NCBI GenBank assembly: GCA_013265495.1
Contig: MU058540.1
Location: forward strand, 395,696-459,695
Source of the DNA: Vicugna vicugna
Taxonomy: Eukaryota
Length of the DNA: 64,000 nt
Direction of reading: 5' to 3'
In this document: in pieces, positions 10,775-22,700 of the stretch
Position numbering within the stretch: position 1 is the stretch's first letter
Layout: every line of letters starts with the position of its first letter
Made by a program: the position numbers and the translations under genes
Notes under the pieces: model-generated
Told to the model about the DNA's origin: nothing
What the model saw: only the letters and a program-made list of their open reading frames with translations
Database searches by the model: none

Positions 10775-11322
10775 ATAGTAGGCAGCTTTCTAAAATGGCT
10801 CCCAGTGATCTCCACCTTCTGATATTCATGCCTTGTGTAATCCTCTCCTCTTGAGTGTGGACTGAATCTAGTGACTTGCTTCTAACGAATAGAATATGGG
10901 AAAATTGATGAGATGTTTCTTTTGAGATTAAGCTATAAAAGTCATGACTTTTGTCTTGTAGGCAGCCTCTCTACTGCTGACTTTGAGGAAGCAAGCTGCC
11001 ATTCTGGAGAGGCCCACATGGCCACAAACTGAGGGTGACCTCCGGGCAATAGCCAACAAGAAACTGATGGCTTCAGTCCAGCAATCTTTAAGGAACTGAA
11101 GCCTGCCAACAACTGGGGGAGCAAGCTCTTTCCCCAACTGAGCCTTCAGTTGAGATCACTGGCAGCACCTGGATGGCAGCTTTGTGAGACACCCTGAAGC
11201 AGAGGGTCAGAGTAGGCTTCTCTCAGATTTCCGACCCACAGAAATCATGAAATAATGTGTGTTTTTTTGAACCACTAAAAAAATTTGTGGTAATCTTTTA
11301 TGCAGCAAAGACAACTAATATA
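10775..11322 (+). mobile_element. MaLR LTR (MLT1E/F-like)
   Basis: ttctaaaatggctcccagtgatc...gtgacttgcttcta...agaggcccacatggc...ccgacccacagaaa...tgcagcaaagacaactaata. Confidence 0.7.
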
Positions 11323-11499
11323 TTGTGCCAGAATTAAGTGTCAGATCCTTAGTAAGAGAGATACCCATATGTCCTTTCTGAATCTGTCCTTTTTGTGTTA
11401 TGACATGTGGGGTTTGCTAAAATGTGGGGCTCAAGACAGAGTCCCTTCTTGCCTGGGTATGAGAGCAATACCAGGACCAGTTAATTAGTCTTCAGTTTT

Positions 11500-12917
11500 T
11501 TTTTTTTTCTTGCATGTTTCCTAAAAACATTTTGGAAAACTATGTGACTTCTTGTGTATATTTTACTTTATATCTAATTCCTTTTTTTGAAAATTAAAAT
11601 AACTACAAAGAGTGTAAAAATTGTGATATCTTGTAAATAGTGACATTTTAAAGTAAGACTGTTTATATTACTCTTTTAAATGTATCCAATAGAACCTATA
11701 TGCCATAGCTTTTTGATATTCAACATCATCTTTTTAAAATGTATTAATAAAATGTTCTTCAACAGTTAGACATTTTACATTATTTTTCCTTTGAATTCAT
11801 ATTTTGTTCACTTCCACTACATAATTTTATCTTAATTTAATGTATTTTTTAAAAATAAATCATTTCTTCTTTTTAAAATTTTTATTTTTGTGGGGAAGGT
11901 AATTAAGTTTATATATTTATTTGTTTTTATTTTTATTTTATTTATTTATTTTTTAATGGAGATGCTTGGGATTAAACCCAGGACCTCATGCATGGTAAGC
12001 ATGGGCTCTACCACTTGAGCTATACCTTCCTCCAATTTAATGTAGTTTATATCTGAAAGTGTTGTACTGATCTCCCTATATTTCTCTGCAACAAAATATA
12101 TTTTTAAAAATTAGTTCTTTTCAATTTCTTTTAACCATAGTACTATGTTTAAAATTTTCTTTTGGATTGAACTATTAGCAACAGCCCAAATTGATCAAAG
12201 TCACATAAGTACATTATACATTTTGAAAGATAACTATTATACATAAATATAAAATTTTATTCAAAATGCAACTTTTAATGGCTTTTGAACTAGTCCATGT
12301 TTCATTGAATCACACTGCTGGAATGAGACAGCATTCAGTAACAATTCTCTTTCTATTTTTTTCCTTTTCATCAAAATAAGAGCTGAGAGTTCTTGTTCAC
12401 ATAAATAAGTGAATGGAAATGGAAATATTTTTATTATAGCAATGACACTCACTTTTTTGGACTCCATCTGAATTATATGTCAAAAATCACATCATGAGCC
12501 ATCATTAAATTTATTTTAATGATATTCAAGCTGAAAACTCAATTAGATTCTCTTTTAATCTTGTTGAAAGCAAAGAATAGGAAACCACCTGACTTGCCAA
12601 AGGATTCATTACTCAATCATTAGAGTCATTTACTTCCAAAAACAATATTTCTAATATTTCAAATTGTACCTCTGTTTAGCAACCCAGATGTTTTTACATT
12701 TCCCCACCTTGGGAGAATGGCAAATGGGCAATGGTAAAAAAGGAGGAGAGAAATGAGAATTTGCACAACAGTTCTCATGCAAACCAGTTTTAGGAAAAGG
12801 ACATAGGAATAGAATACGCAAAAATGAATACCTTCATAACAGACCATGCCCTCATGCCCTTTGTAAGGTTTTTGTGTGAATTTTGGAGTCTGCACACTCC
12901 AGGGTGAAGACCACTGG
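11500..12917 (-). mobile_element. hAT-Charlie-like DNA transposon remnant
   Basis: The minus-strand ORF 12261-12467 (IAIIKIFPFPFTYLCEQELSAL) resembles the hAT C-terminal dimerisation motif PFxxTYLCExxFS. The element ends in ...gaagaccactg. Confidence 0.5.
11845..12033 (-). mobile_element. tRNA-Ala-derived SINE with long AT-rich tail
   Basis: tRNA body 11955-12033, tail motif ggggaaggtaattaagttt, TSD aatttaatgta. Confidence 0.85.
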
Positions 12918-13529
12918 ACTAGGGAAGTATAGTATGATTGTCAGCCAGCATGACGTCTACTTGAGATTTACAGTAAATTCAAAATGAGACCAGCTAGTAT
13001 GGTGGTGTGGTTCTCTTTCCCTCCAGATACATTCAGTTACGTGTGTGCAATGGCAGAGTTGGCAGAGAGTGAGGGCTTTGCCAAGAGTGCTGGGAATGGA
13101 TGAAGTAGCAAAGGAGTCAAGGCTGTGTGCAAAAATAACATCAGGCTTATTGGTGAAGTCCAGACAGGAAGGTGAGTACTAAAATTTCCAGTTCTTAAGG
13201 AGGAGCTCTTCCAGGGTAGCAAAGTGAGAAGAGAAGAGAGTCACAGATCAGGCTTTGGACAGTTCTGGGATTTAATGTCAAGAAACCATGGAGATCAAGA
13301 GCCATCTGAGACGTAGGAAGGGTATCAAAAATTGTTGGGTCTTGGAGGCTAAGAGACAAATGTCCCAAGAAAGTGGAAGTCTACTTGTCATCTGCTGCTG
13401 CAAAATCAAATAAGAGGAAGTCTCTAAAGTTCACTGTATTTAGTTACATGGAAGTTATTGGGGAATTTAGGGAGAGTAAGCCAACCAGATCTTTACATTT
13501 GCTTCGTTGAATTTTACTTTTCTTTTTAA

Positions 13530-13960
13530 CAATGTGTATCAAACTATCCTAAAACTTCATGTCTTAAAACAACAGCCATTTAATTAGCTCACCCTTCCAC
13601 GGGTCGGCATATGGGCTGGGATCATGTATACAATTCTTTTAAAGCAAGGTTCTCTCTTGTATTTGTTATCAGCTGCTGGTCAGTTGGTAACTATGCTTCT
13701 GAAGACTGGCTGGGTGTTGCTGGAATGATAGGAAGCGCCTCAGCCACACGTCTTATCATCCAGAAGACTAGCCTGAAGACTAGCTGGCAGGGTTTCAGGA
13801 CTGAGAGCAGAATGTACAAGGCTTCCTGAGGCTTACGCTCAGAGCTGGTATAAGGTCACATCTACCTTGTTTTACTGACCGAAGCAAGTTACAAGGCCAA
13901 TCCAGATTCCAGGAGAATGGAAACAAGGTCCACCTTTTGATGGAGTACCTGCCAAGACAC
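13530..13960 (-). mobile_element. MaLR LTR (MLT1H/I-like)
   Basis: aaactatcctaaaactt...cttaaaacaacagccatttaattagctcac and aagcaagttacaaggccaatccagattc motifs. Confidence 0.55.
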
Positions 13961-15193
13961 ACTGTCAAGAGCCTGGATAACAGGAAGTAAGGGAGAATTG
14001 GAGACAATTCAACACCTAGATGGATTCAGAATTTGGGATACAGAGTGTAGGGGAGCGATAGTCGGCAATCATGGGGTTATACAAACCCACAAACAGCCCA
14101 CAGAGCAAGTCAATCTGAACGTGTCATGACCAGAGGAAACCAAAACCACTTCTGGCTTGTGCTGGTTAAGTGAAGCATTTCCTCCTCTTACTTCCCTGCA
14201 TCTGTCTTTGATGGGTAAGGTGGGACACTGAGGAAGGCTGAAAAGAGATGCACAAAGAAGCAGCTAGACACACTGCCTCTTTTTCCTAACACAGCTATCC
14301 AAGTCAAGCTAGTGATAGCTGGCCAAGAGAAGAAACGTCATTTAAAATGAAGTGTGGAGGACTTTTCAGAGGGAGACTGAGCAGATACATTCTGTGGCCT
14401 TCTTGAGTATTGTTCAGAGAGGAAGGAAGAGCTAGCCCCACAGGGCAGATTCCAAGAGACCATGGGGTAAAGGATAACACTATTATCAGATTACAATCTG
14501 CAAGTCCACAGACGCATGTACTGCTACAGAAGTAAAAAACTACAAATTGTCCTAAGTGGTATAAAGGAAATAAACAGCATGAGAGAGAATTAGTGATATA
14601 GATAGTGGGGAGGCACTGAGTTCCTTGATGGAGTGGCCCGAAAAGGGCACCCCAAGGCGACTTGAAGTAAGACAATGAACCAGTCCCAGTGTTTCAGGCA
14701 GAGGGACTGACTAGTGTCAAGTCCCAAGCCAGGAAAGACCTTGGCATATTTGACATCAATTCTTTTTCCTTTTTAACTACAACTTATGGGATAAAAAACA
14801 CATTTTACTGCTGCAATCCAGAACACATACGTGTCTAAAACAAAAATTTCATGAAATTCTTCTTCTACATAAAATGCTAAAATGTACTCTGGTATTTTAT
14901 TTCACTTCAGAATCATTGAGATATAATTTGCATACTGTCAAATTCACCCGTTTCAGGTGTACAGTTCCATGTATTTTGACAAATGTATATAATTGCATAC
15001 ATCACCACAATCAAGATACAGAACACTTCCATCGCCTTCAAAATTCCTTCTTGTCCCTTTGTAGTGAATCCCCTTTCCCACTGTGAAGCCATTGGCAAGC
15101 ACAGATCTGATTTCTGCTCCTATAGATTTAAAAAAATTGTTTTTCTTGATGTGTCTGCCTACATGTTTATTGATTTGGTATCATTGATTTTCT

Positions 15194-15404
15194 TATTAAA
15201 TTTTAAATGTTTTATTCTTTTACTTCATTACATTTTTGTTTTGTTTTGTTTTAGCAGGGAGGTAATTAGGTTTATTTAGTTATTTATTAGGAGGAGGTAA
15301 TTAGGTTTATGGGTTGACTGATTGACTAATGGAGGTGCTGGGGATTGAACCCAGGACCTTGTGCATGCTAAGCATGTGCTCTACCACTGAGCTATACCCT
15401 CCTT
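15194..15404 (-). mobile_element. tRNA-Ala-derived SINE with duplicated tail motif
   Basis: tRNA body 15330-15404; ggaggtaattaggtttat occurs twice; flanks tcattgattttct and tcaatgatttttct. Confidence 0.85.
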
Positions 15405-15837
15405 CATCAATGATTTTTCTCTATTGTTTTTCTGTTCTCAACTTCATTGATTTCTGCTCTAATCTCCCTTATTTTCCCTGTTTACTTTGAATTTAATTTG
15501 CTCTTTTTTCCTAATTTCTTAAGATGGAAGCTTAGATTAATGATTTGAAACATTTCTTGTTCTTTAGTTTAATGTTTACATTTCCATTCAGGCGCCCCTT
15601 TACCTGTGTCCCACAAATTTTGATATGCTGTGTTTTCATCTGCATTCAATTCAAAATCTTTTCTAATTTCCCTTATTATCTCCTCTTTGACCCATGGGTT
15701 ATTTGGACATGTACTGTTTAATATGCAAGTATTTGAGAGATTTTTCAGATATCATTCTGTTATTGATTTCTAATTTAATTCATTTGTAGTCAAAGAACAT
15801 ACTTTTTATGATTTCAGTTATTTAAAATTTGTTGGCA

Positions 15838-15935
15838 GGGGATGGGGTATAGCTCAGTGGTAGAGCGCATGCTTAGCATGCATGAGGTCCTGGGTTCAAT
15901 CCCCAGTATCTCCACTTAAAAAATTTAAAAAAAAA
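15838..15935 (+). mobile_element. tRNA-Ala(AGC)-derived SINE, least diverged copy
   Basis: ggggtatagctcagtggtagagcgcatgcttagcatgcatgaggtcctgggttcaatccccagtatctcca, with a G-rich leader and an A-rich tail. Confidence 0.85.
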
Positions 15936-16811
15936 TTTTAAACAACTTTATTGTGGTATAATTTCTGTCCAGTAAACTACACATATTTCAGATGTACAAC
16001 TTGATGAATTTTGATAGATATATACACCTATGAAACCACCACTTCCATCAACTCCCCAAGAGGTGCAAATTTCAAAAGAGGCATGATGACTGTCCAGAAT
16101 CTCTAAGTGTGCAGGGTCACCTCTGGTGCACCCCCAGTTTTCTATCAGACCTCTAGTGATGATCAGGTCCCTGGTGCTGCCACATCTCTGCCCCCATCAC
16201 TGTCCTTTTACACCGAGCTTCTGCACAGATGGACTTGGATGGTGCATCAACCTCCTTCCACAGGCCTCAGCTCCCACGGCTGGGGATGTGGTCTTTATCG
16301 GTTCTTATCTTCTCCCTTGTTCTAAAGCAGAAGGTCTTCACAGGGAGTTCAAATTTCCCCCATCCAGGTATAACTTGATTCATTTTGTTTTTTCACTCAT
16401 TCACTTAATCAAAGTCAACAAATATTTATTTATAGCCAACTTTGTGCATCCACATTCCAAGCATGGGAGTAGTGGTGAACAAAAATTAGGTCACTGCCCT
16501 CATGCAGCTTGTGGTCCAGCTGAAAATACTAACATTAGTGAGACATTACAGTGAAATGTGAAGTGAGTTACGATAGAGGAAATAAAACATGCTGTGAGAG
16601 GTATGGAACAGTGACATCTAATCTAGTGTGAGAGACAGTAAAGAGCTTTCTAAGGATGTGAAGTTCAGGATAAGAACTGAAGGATGAGTAGAAGTGAGTC
16701 CAGTAAAAGAGTGGTTGGTTGGGGGCTCATTGTTTTGTACAAATTGTTTCTAAAACATTTCATGAGATTATTATTACCTGGATACAGATTTATAGCCAAC
16801 ATTAAAAACAA

Positions 16812-16905
16812 GGCGGGAGGGTATAGCTCAGTGGTATAGCGCATGCTTAGCATGCATGAGGTCCTGGGCCTAATGCCTAGTACACCATTAAAAAAGAAAT
16901 TAAAA
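16812..16905 (+). mobile_element. tRNA-Ala-derived SINE (Vic-1-like)
   Basis: gggagggtatagctcagtggtatagcgcatgcttagcatgcatgaggtcctggg plus A-tail; TSD taaaaacaa. Confidence 0.85.
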
Positions 16906-16924
16906 TAAAAACAACAACAACATA

Positions 16925-17530
16925 CACCTTTCCAGAGAACAGATAAAGAGAGTATGCTTTTGAACTATTTTATGAGACTTAGTATAACCTTGATAACATT
17001 AGACAAAGACGGTTCAAGAAAGGACAACTATAGGTTAATCTCACTGACAAACATAGGTGGAAAAATTCTAAACAAAAGTTTTGTAGACCAAGCCAAGCAG
17101 TGTGTGTGGGGGTGTGTGTGTACTTACTAACCTGACAATTAAAAAAAAACATAAATAGTGATTATGTTGTTTGTAAGGATTTGATTGTCTGCACAGAAAA
17201 CCCAAAATGTTATTAGAATTGATAGGGGAACTTAGAAACATTATTAAAGAGGAGATTAATAACCCAATTAGTTTCCTTTATAGCAGTAGCAGGTAGTAAG
17301 AAAATATAATTTTATAAAAGCTCTTTAGAATACAATAAAAAATTTAAGATAATTAGGAATAAATCAAACAAAAGTGTTCAAGAAATTTCGGAGAATAATT
17401 ACAGCAATTTATTGAAAGACACTAAAGAAGACCCAATAAATGTGTTAATGGATAAGGAGATAATATTACAATGATGTCAACTCTCTGCAAATTAATTTCT
17501 ACATTTAATTCAATTTTAATAAAAATTCTC
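16925..17530 (+). mobile_element. Degenerate L1 ORF2 fragments
   Basis: actattttatgag...ataaccttgataac...aactatagg...aatctcact...aacatag...aaaattctaaacaaaa (RT-domain region of L1). Confidence 0.55.
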
Positions 17531-18719
17531 AGTAACATATCTTCTGGACTATATAGTATGTCACATCCATGATCTCTTTTAGTTTTTGTCATTGCCTCTC
17601 TATCTGCTCATCTGTCTGTGTGCCTTACTGGGCAAGAACTTCAAAAAAGTCAGGGACCACATCTGTCCTATTCACTGCTATATTCCCAGCACCCAGCACA
17701 GGGTGACGTGTTGGAGGTACACCAGCCTCCATTCAGCTACAAATGGCCTAGAATAAGTGTGTCTCACACTAAATTTGCACCTTGCATAAAAATGAAGCAA
17801 GATGTTAACACTGATTTTTCTTTTATAACTAGGTTTTTCTGAGGACCAGTGGTTAGACAAAGGAAGGTGGTTCCCTAGACCTATTTTAAAGGGTGTATCT
17901 TCACTGGATCTTTGACACTGGTTTTTGGAGTGGTAATGGACCTTACATAGGGAGTGGCTGTCTCCTGGAAGGCCTGTCCACACAGATGGGGGTGTGGTGG
18001 TGGTGAGTGATGCCTCCTTGGCAACTGGGCCTAGGGTGGGGCTCTTCATGGCTAAGGCAGGGACCTGGAAGAAGAGAGGGCACCCAGAGACCCCCTGGGC
18101 ACCTTCCAACACTTTCCATTTCCCATTAAAGACATGACATTAGAATAGAGAAAACCAAATTTCTTTCTTCTAATCAAACCTCTAGCTCACTTAAATGACC
18201 AATTTTTTCTAAGTCTAGATATGAACATTTCCATTATGAGAAACTCTCCAGGACCTTCATTCATTGTGGTTTGTTGTAGTGGGATCTTGTGATACATGGT
18301 TAGAAATAATATTCCTGTTCAGCTTGAGATGAAACACGGATGATGCCTGGATTCTGAAGGTGTCCTCAAGCCCAGTGCCACATGGCCATTCTCAGCCCTA
18401 GTCTTGCTTCCCCTCCCAGTTTAGATCTGTGCCTTTGGCTGGATTTGGATAGTTTGGGAGAGCAGGGAGAGGAACAAAGAGATGACAGAAGAGGCTCCAG
18501 CCATCTGTTTGGAGTTAATGCCAGGAGTTCTCTTACCTTTCTGAGAAAACCACTGGGGAAATAATTACCACATGGACAGAAAAATCTCTATTAGTCTTTG
18601 GGTAGAAAAACGCAAACAGGAATTTTCCAGCGTCCCCCGTCTGACTTTTGTGTCCTCAAAAACATGTCAATTGATATCATTTTGGAGGGGTATTTACTCC
18701 TTGGTCTCAAGGAAACTTT

Positions 18720-18850
18720 TTTTTAATTCTTATTTTTTTATTGAAGTGTAGTCAATTTATAGTGTTAGTTTCAGGTGTACAGCAAAGCAATTCAGTTATA
18801 CACATACATACATATCTATATTTTTTCAGATTCTTTTCCATTATATCTCA
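18720..18850 (-). mobile_element. L1 3'-end fragment
   Basis: tttttattgaagtgtagtcaattta...gtttcaggtgtacagcaaag...ttcagttata, the antisense 3' terminus of laurasiatherian-type L1. Confidence 0.7.
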
Positions 18851-19490
18851 TTAAAACCTATACCTATACCTGTACCTGAACCTCTCCAGACTTCATGTCA
18901 GCAAAGTTCTTTTCTTGCAATGTTTCCTATTAGATATCACTGTGACCTGTAACTGATTTGAATCAAGACTGAATTAGTCTTTTATTTTGTAAAAATTTTC
19001 ATGCCACACCTGTTACTGAAGAGTCTTCAAAATCACAATTTTCAGTGGCCACATTATATTCCACATGTTCTCAAATGCCTTGCTTTCATTGAATCCATCT
19101 CGTTTTACAATCATACACTGAATGATGTGGCTGTGTGTTTCATATCTGCCTCTTCATTTGATTGTTAAGTTCCCTAAGGGCAGGGTCATGTCGATTCTGG
19201 CTCAGGGTTGAATCACCAGCAGCAGCATACACAGTAGATACATTGCTCCTAATATATATATTATATGTAATACATACATGTTATTATAAATATATATAAG
19301 TTCAACTTACATTGCATAATATAGTTTTGTCATCTCCTATTTAATAATCATCCACTGGTGAACATTTTGGTTGTTTCCAGTACTCTGCTTATGTAAATCT
19401 TTTATGCACATTTCCAATTATTTCCTTAAACTAAACACTTAAATTGGAGTGATACATTAAGAGGTGTTGGTACTTTCAAGTTTCCTGAAC

Positions 19491-19579
19491 TTTTTTTTTT
19501 AATGGAAGTACTGGGGCTTGAACCCAGGACCTTGTACATGCCCAGCATGCACTCTACCACTGAGCTGTACCCTCCCCCC
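19491..19579 (-). mobile_element. tRNA-Ala-derived SINE (Vic-1-like)
   Basis: T-run plus reverse tRNA body; TSD aagtttcctgaact / aagtttcttgaact. Confidence 0.85.
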
Positions 19580-20063
19580 AAGTTTCTTGAACTTCTAGGA
19601 AAGAAGTACCAATTTATACTCCCAGCAATAATATATAAGAGTCCAGTTTGTTAGGAAAACATATTTCATTCTTCTCAGTTTCTTTTCATTCTATTTATCT
19701 TTTGGTGTAATATATTCATACGATGCAAAATGTGAAAGTACTCCTCCCTGCCCTGGCACACTTAGGGCTGCCTGGTGTTCGTGTCATCTTGGTCTTCACT
19801 TCCTACTCCTCCTAGACAATACAGAGGCTTTTTTTTCTCACCCCCAAAGGCTTCTTTCTTTGGGGAACAAAAGGCTAATGGTGCACTTCAGACCTAACGG
19901 TAGTTATGTTCTTCTAACAGTATTTTTCAGATAATATGGTTTTAACTATACTTGTAAAACATTTTTGAGACTTGTTTTGTATATTTTCTTAGTAATACAC
20001 ATATTCATAAATTTTAGGATGTAAGAGTCGACATGTTTTAAATTATTAATTCTGTTGTTCTAA

Positions 20064-20510
20064 GTTTTTTTTTTTTTAAATTGAATATAGTTGACATAAT
20101 GTGTTGTGTTATTTTCAGGTATACAGCAAAGGGATTCAGTTATACATATATTTTTCATAGTCTTTTCCATTATGGTTTATTACAAGATATTGAATATAAT
20201 TCCTTGTGCTATACAGTAGGACCTTGTTGTTTATCTATTTTATATATATAGTAGTTTGTATCTGGTAACCCCAAACTCCTACTATATCCCTCCCCACCCA
20301 TTTCCCCTTTGGTAACCGTAAGTTTGTTCTTTATGTCCGTTTCTGTTTTGCAAATAAGTTCATTTGTATTATATTTTAGATTTCACATGTAAGTGATATC
20401 ATAAGATATTTTTCTTTGACGTACTTCACTTAGTATGATAATCTCTAGGTCCATCCATGTTGCTGCAAATGGCATTATTTCATTCTTTTCTATTGGTGAG
20501 TAGTATTCTG
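20064..20510 (-). mobile_element. L1 3' end (about 450 bp)
   Basis: Poly-T, then ttgaatatagttgac...tgtgctatacagtaggaccttgttg...ctctaggtccatccatgttgctgcaaatggcattatttcattc. Confidence 0.8.
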
Positions 20511-21979
20511 AATGGCACATTTTAAAAGTTATTTTCTAACAGATGGTTGCTGATGATAGAAATGCAAAAGATTTTACACATTAATACTATTCTATGTTGA
20601 TTTTGTAATGCAGCAGCCTTGCTAAACTCACTTATCAATTCTATCTGAATTTTCTTTTGGGGTTGCTACACATGCAAAATTTCCTCTGTGATACTCACAT
20701 ACTTGTTTCTTCCCAATTTTTATATATTTGCTGTTGTTTATTGACTGTCTAAAACTTCCATTATTGTATTGACTAGGATTATTGACAGCAGGTATTCTTG
20801 CCTTGTTCCTCATCTTAAGAGAAATGGTTTCAACACTTCACCATTATTGTGCTGTGTGCTGTTAGATTTTTGAAGATGTCCTTTATCATGTTACGGTTTT
20901 TTTCTTTAATATCAATGGATGTTGAATAGTTTGAGTCACTTGCATCAATTAAGATGAATAAACTTTTTCTTCTTTAATGCCCGTATTTCTCCTAGTCTAA
21001 CATTTGTTTAACTTTGATAAATGTCTTTTGCTATACATTTCTTCTTGGGTTTCTTCTCTCAGTTCTCCCTACCCATCCATTAAACGTTGGTCCTCGCCCG
21101 TTTCCTCCCTCATTCCTCACTCTTTAAGCTCTTGCTTCTTGTAGGTTTCCTAGGACTCCGAAGGCTGGGGGATGATGACTGGGTTTTCAGTCTGCTCCCC
21201 TCCCCAAGCACGTCTGAATCCAAATTAAATAATAGAAGATGGGTGGCTTGAGTTCCAGTTCGGCCAATCTCCAATTATGCACCAGGCCAAATCCCTTAGT
21301 TCCCTGCCTTTCCGTCTCATAAATCAGATCCCTGTCCTGTCTAGTCCCAGGATTGGTTGGAAACTCAGCTGAGTAAATGTAGTAGAACCACTCTGCAAAT
21401 TATTCATAGGTAAGGAGTTACTGTTTTTGTTACTAAGATTATTAGTAGTATGAGATAACCGACATAGCTTGGATTTTGAAAGCTAATGGAATCTAGATCC
21501 ATTCCCAAACAGCAGTGTGACCTTGAACTTGTTACTTAATCTTTCTAAACTTGTCTCCTTCACGGGGCTTGCAGATAAGAAACACAAAGCATTTGACACA
21601 CAGTAAGAGCTCAGTGAACTTAGCGATTATTAAAAGAGATCATGCACGTGCAATTAGCTTGAAAAGCATAAACTACTTCATAAACGGAAGTAGTAAACCC
21701 TGCACAGGTTCTAGGCACCGAGGGACCCCAAGCCAGTTCTCCAGCACCAAGAACTGCGCCCAGGACATAGGAGGCAGGGTGAGGCGGATGACTGCAGAGA
21801 AAAATCCTCTTCCTCTGGGCCTCGAATCCCCATTGTCGGGCTTCCATGGAGCGCCAAGCTGTATTAAAGGTCCCTAAGTTTGGTGAGAAGTGCCAAAGTG
21901 ACCGGTGAATGGGCAGACTCGGCCACTCATATCAGCGCGGAGGATCCAATTCCACTTTCGGGATCGGTTTTAAGTCGCA

Positions 21980-22700
21980 GGGATGCCGTGCGCTACAGCC
22001 TCAATCACAACGATCCAGTTCTGACTAGCTAACGAGTGCGCTTCCTACTGTCGTCGCTACGGGGCGCTCGCCCCACCCCGCGCCTTGCTCGGGTCCTTGT
22101 TTGCGCACGCGTGATTCCTTTTTTTCAGCGTCCCCGCCCCTACACCAGTTATGTTCCGGCGGCGTGCTCCAGGCAATTTCTGACGCACGGAGCGGCGGCC
22201 GGGAGCCGAGCGGAAGTCCAGTGCGACTGCTGCTAAAAGACGGGTTGGGTAAGACAAGGAAAAGTGGAGCCGGAAGTGTGACTAAACCGCCTGCCTCTCC
22301 TGCGCCGGGGAAGCAGGAAAGAGAAAGAGCTGGCTGGGAGGGGTGTGGCCTAGGGAGGCGGAGGGCGCTGCGATTGGCCCTCGGCTGTGGTGACGGCGAC
22401 GATTGGCCCCTGCGTGCGGAGCGAGGTGAGAAGGGTAGCGGCCGTTAAAATTCAAAAGTGGCGGGTGTGGCGCGGAGCTGGCAGCGCCGAAGGCCCGAGC
22501 GCGCGTGCTCTGTGTCGCGAGCTGGCGAGAGAACGCAGGTCCCGGGAGCCTTGGCCCCCTGTCCTCTTCCATTGCGCTTCCCCGGCGTGTGTGGCACGGA
22601 GCTGGACATGGAGCCGCAGGTGAGTAGGGGCCGGCGCGGGGACGACAGCTGGCCGCTGCCGATGCAGACGTGCTGATGAGCTCCCGAATCCCGGAGGGTC
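21980..22700. promoter_or_regulatory. KIFC1: KIFC1 CpG-island promoter with a G2/M-type element cluster
   Basis: CpG-rich. Two inverted CCAAT boxes (cgattggccc at 22371-22380 and 22400-22409), MYB site CCGTTA 22442-22447, inverted CHR TTCAAA 22451-22456, GGCGGG 22460-22465, ETS CGGAAGT at 22211 and 22271. Confidence 0.75.

Larger units (their letters stand above)
14895..16050 (-). mobile_element. Cluster of old L1M fragments
   Basis: L1 3'-end motifs (ttgagatataatttgcatac...aaattcacc; actttattgtggtataatt) and antisense L1 sequence (cccacaaattttgatatgctgtgttttc). Confidence 0.55.

Noticed and set aside
15843..15914. Apparent tRNA-Ala(AGC) gene
   Set aside because: The first acceptor-stem pair is mismatched, there is an extra G-rich leader and an A-rich tail, and ten sibling copies occur in the window. 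It is a SINE.
22458..22607. 50-codon in-frame open extension upstream of the KIFC1 ATG
   Set aside because: It starts at GTG inside promoter motifs in GC-rich DNA where stops are rare. The ATG at 22608 has strong context and gives the expected 673 aa.
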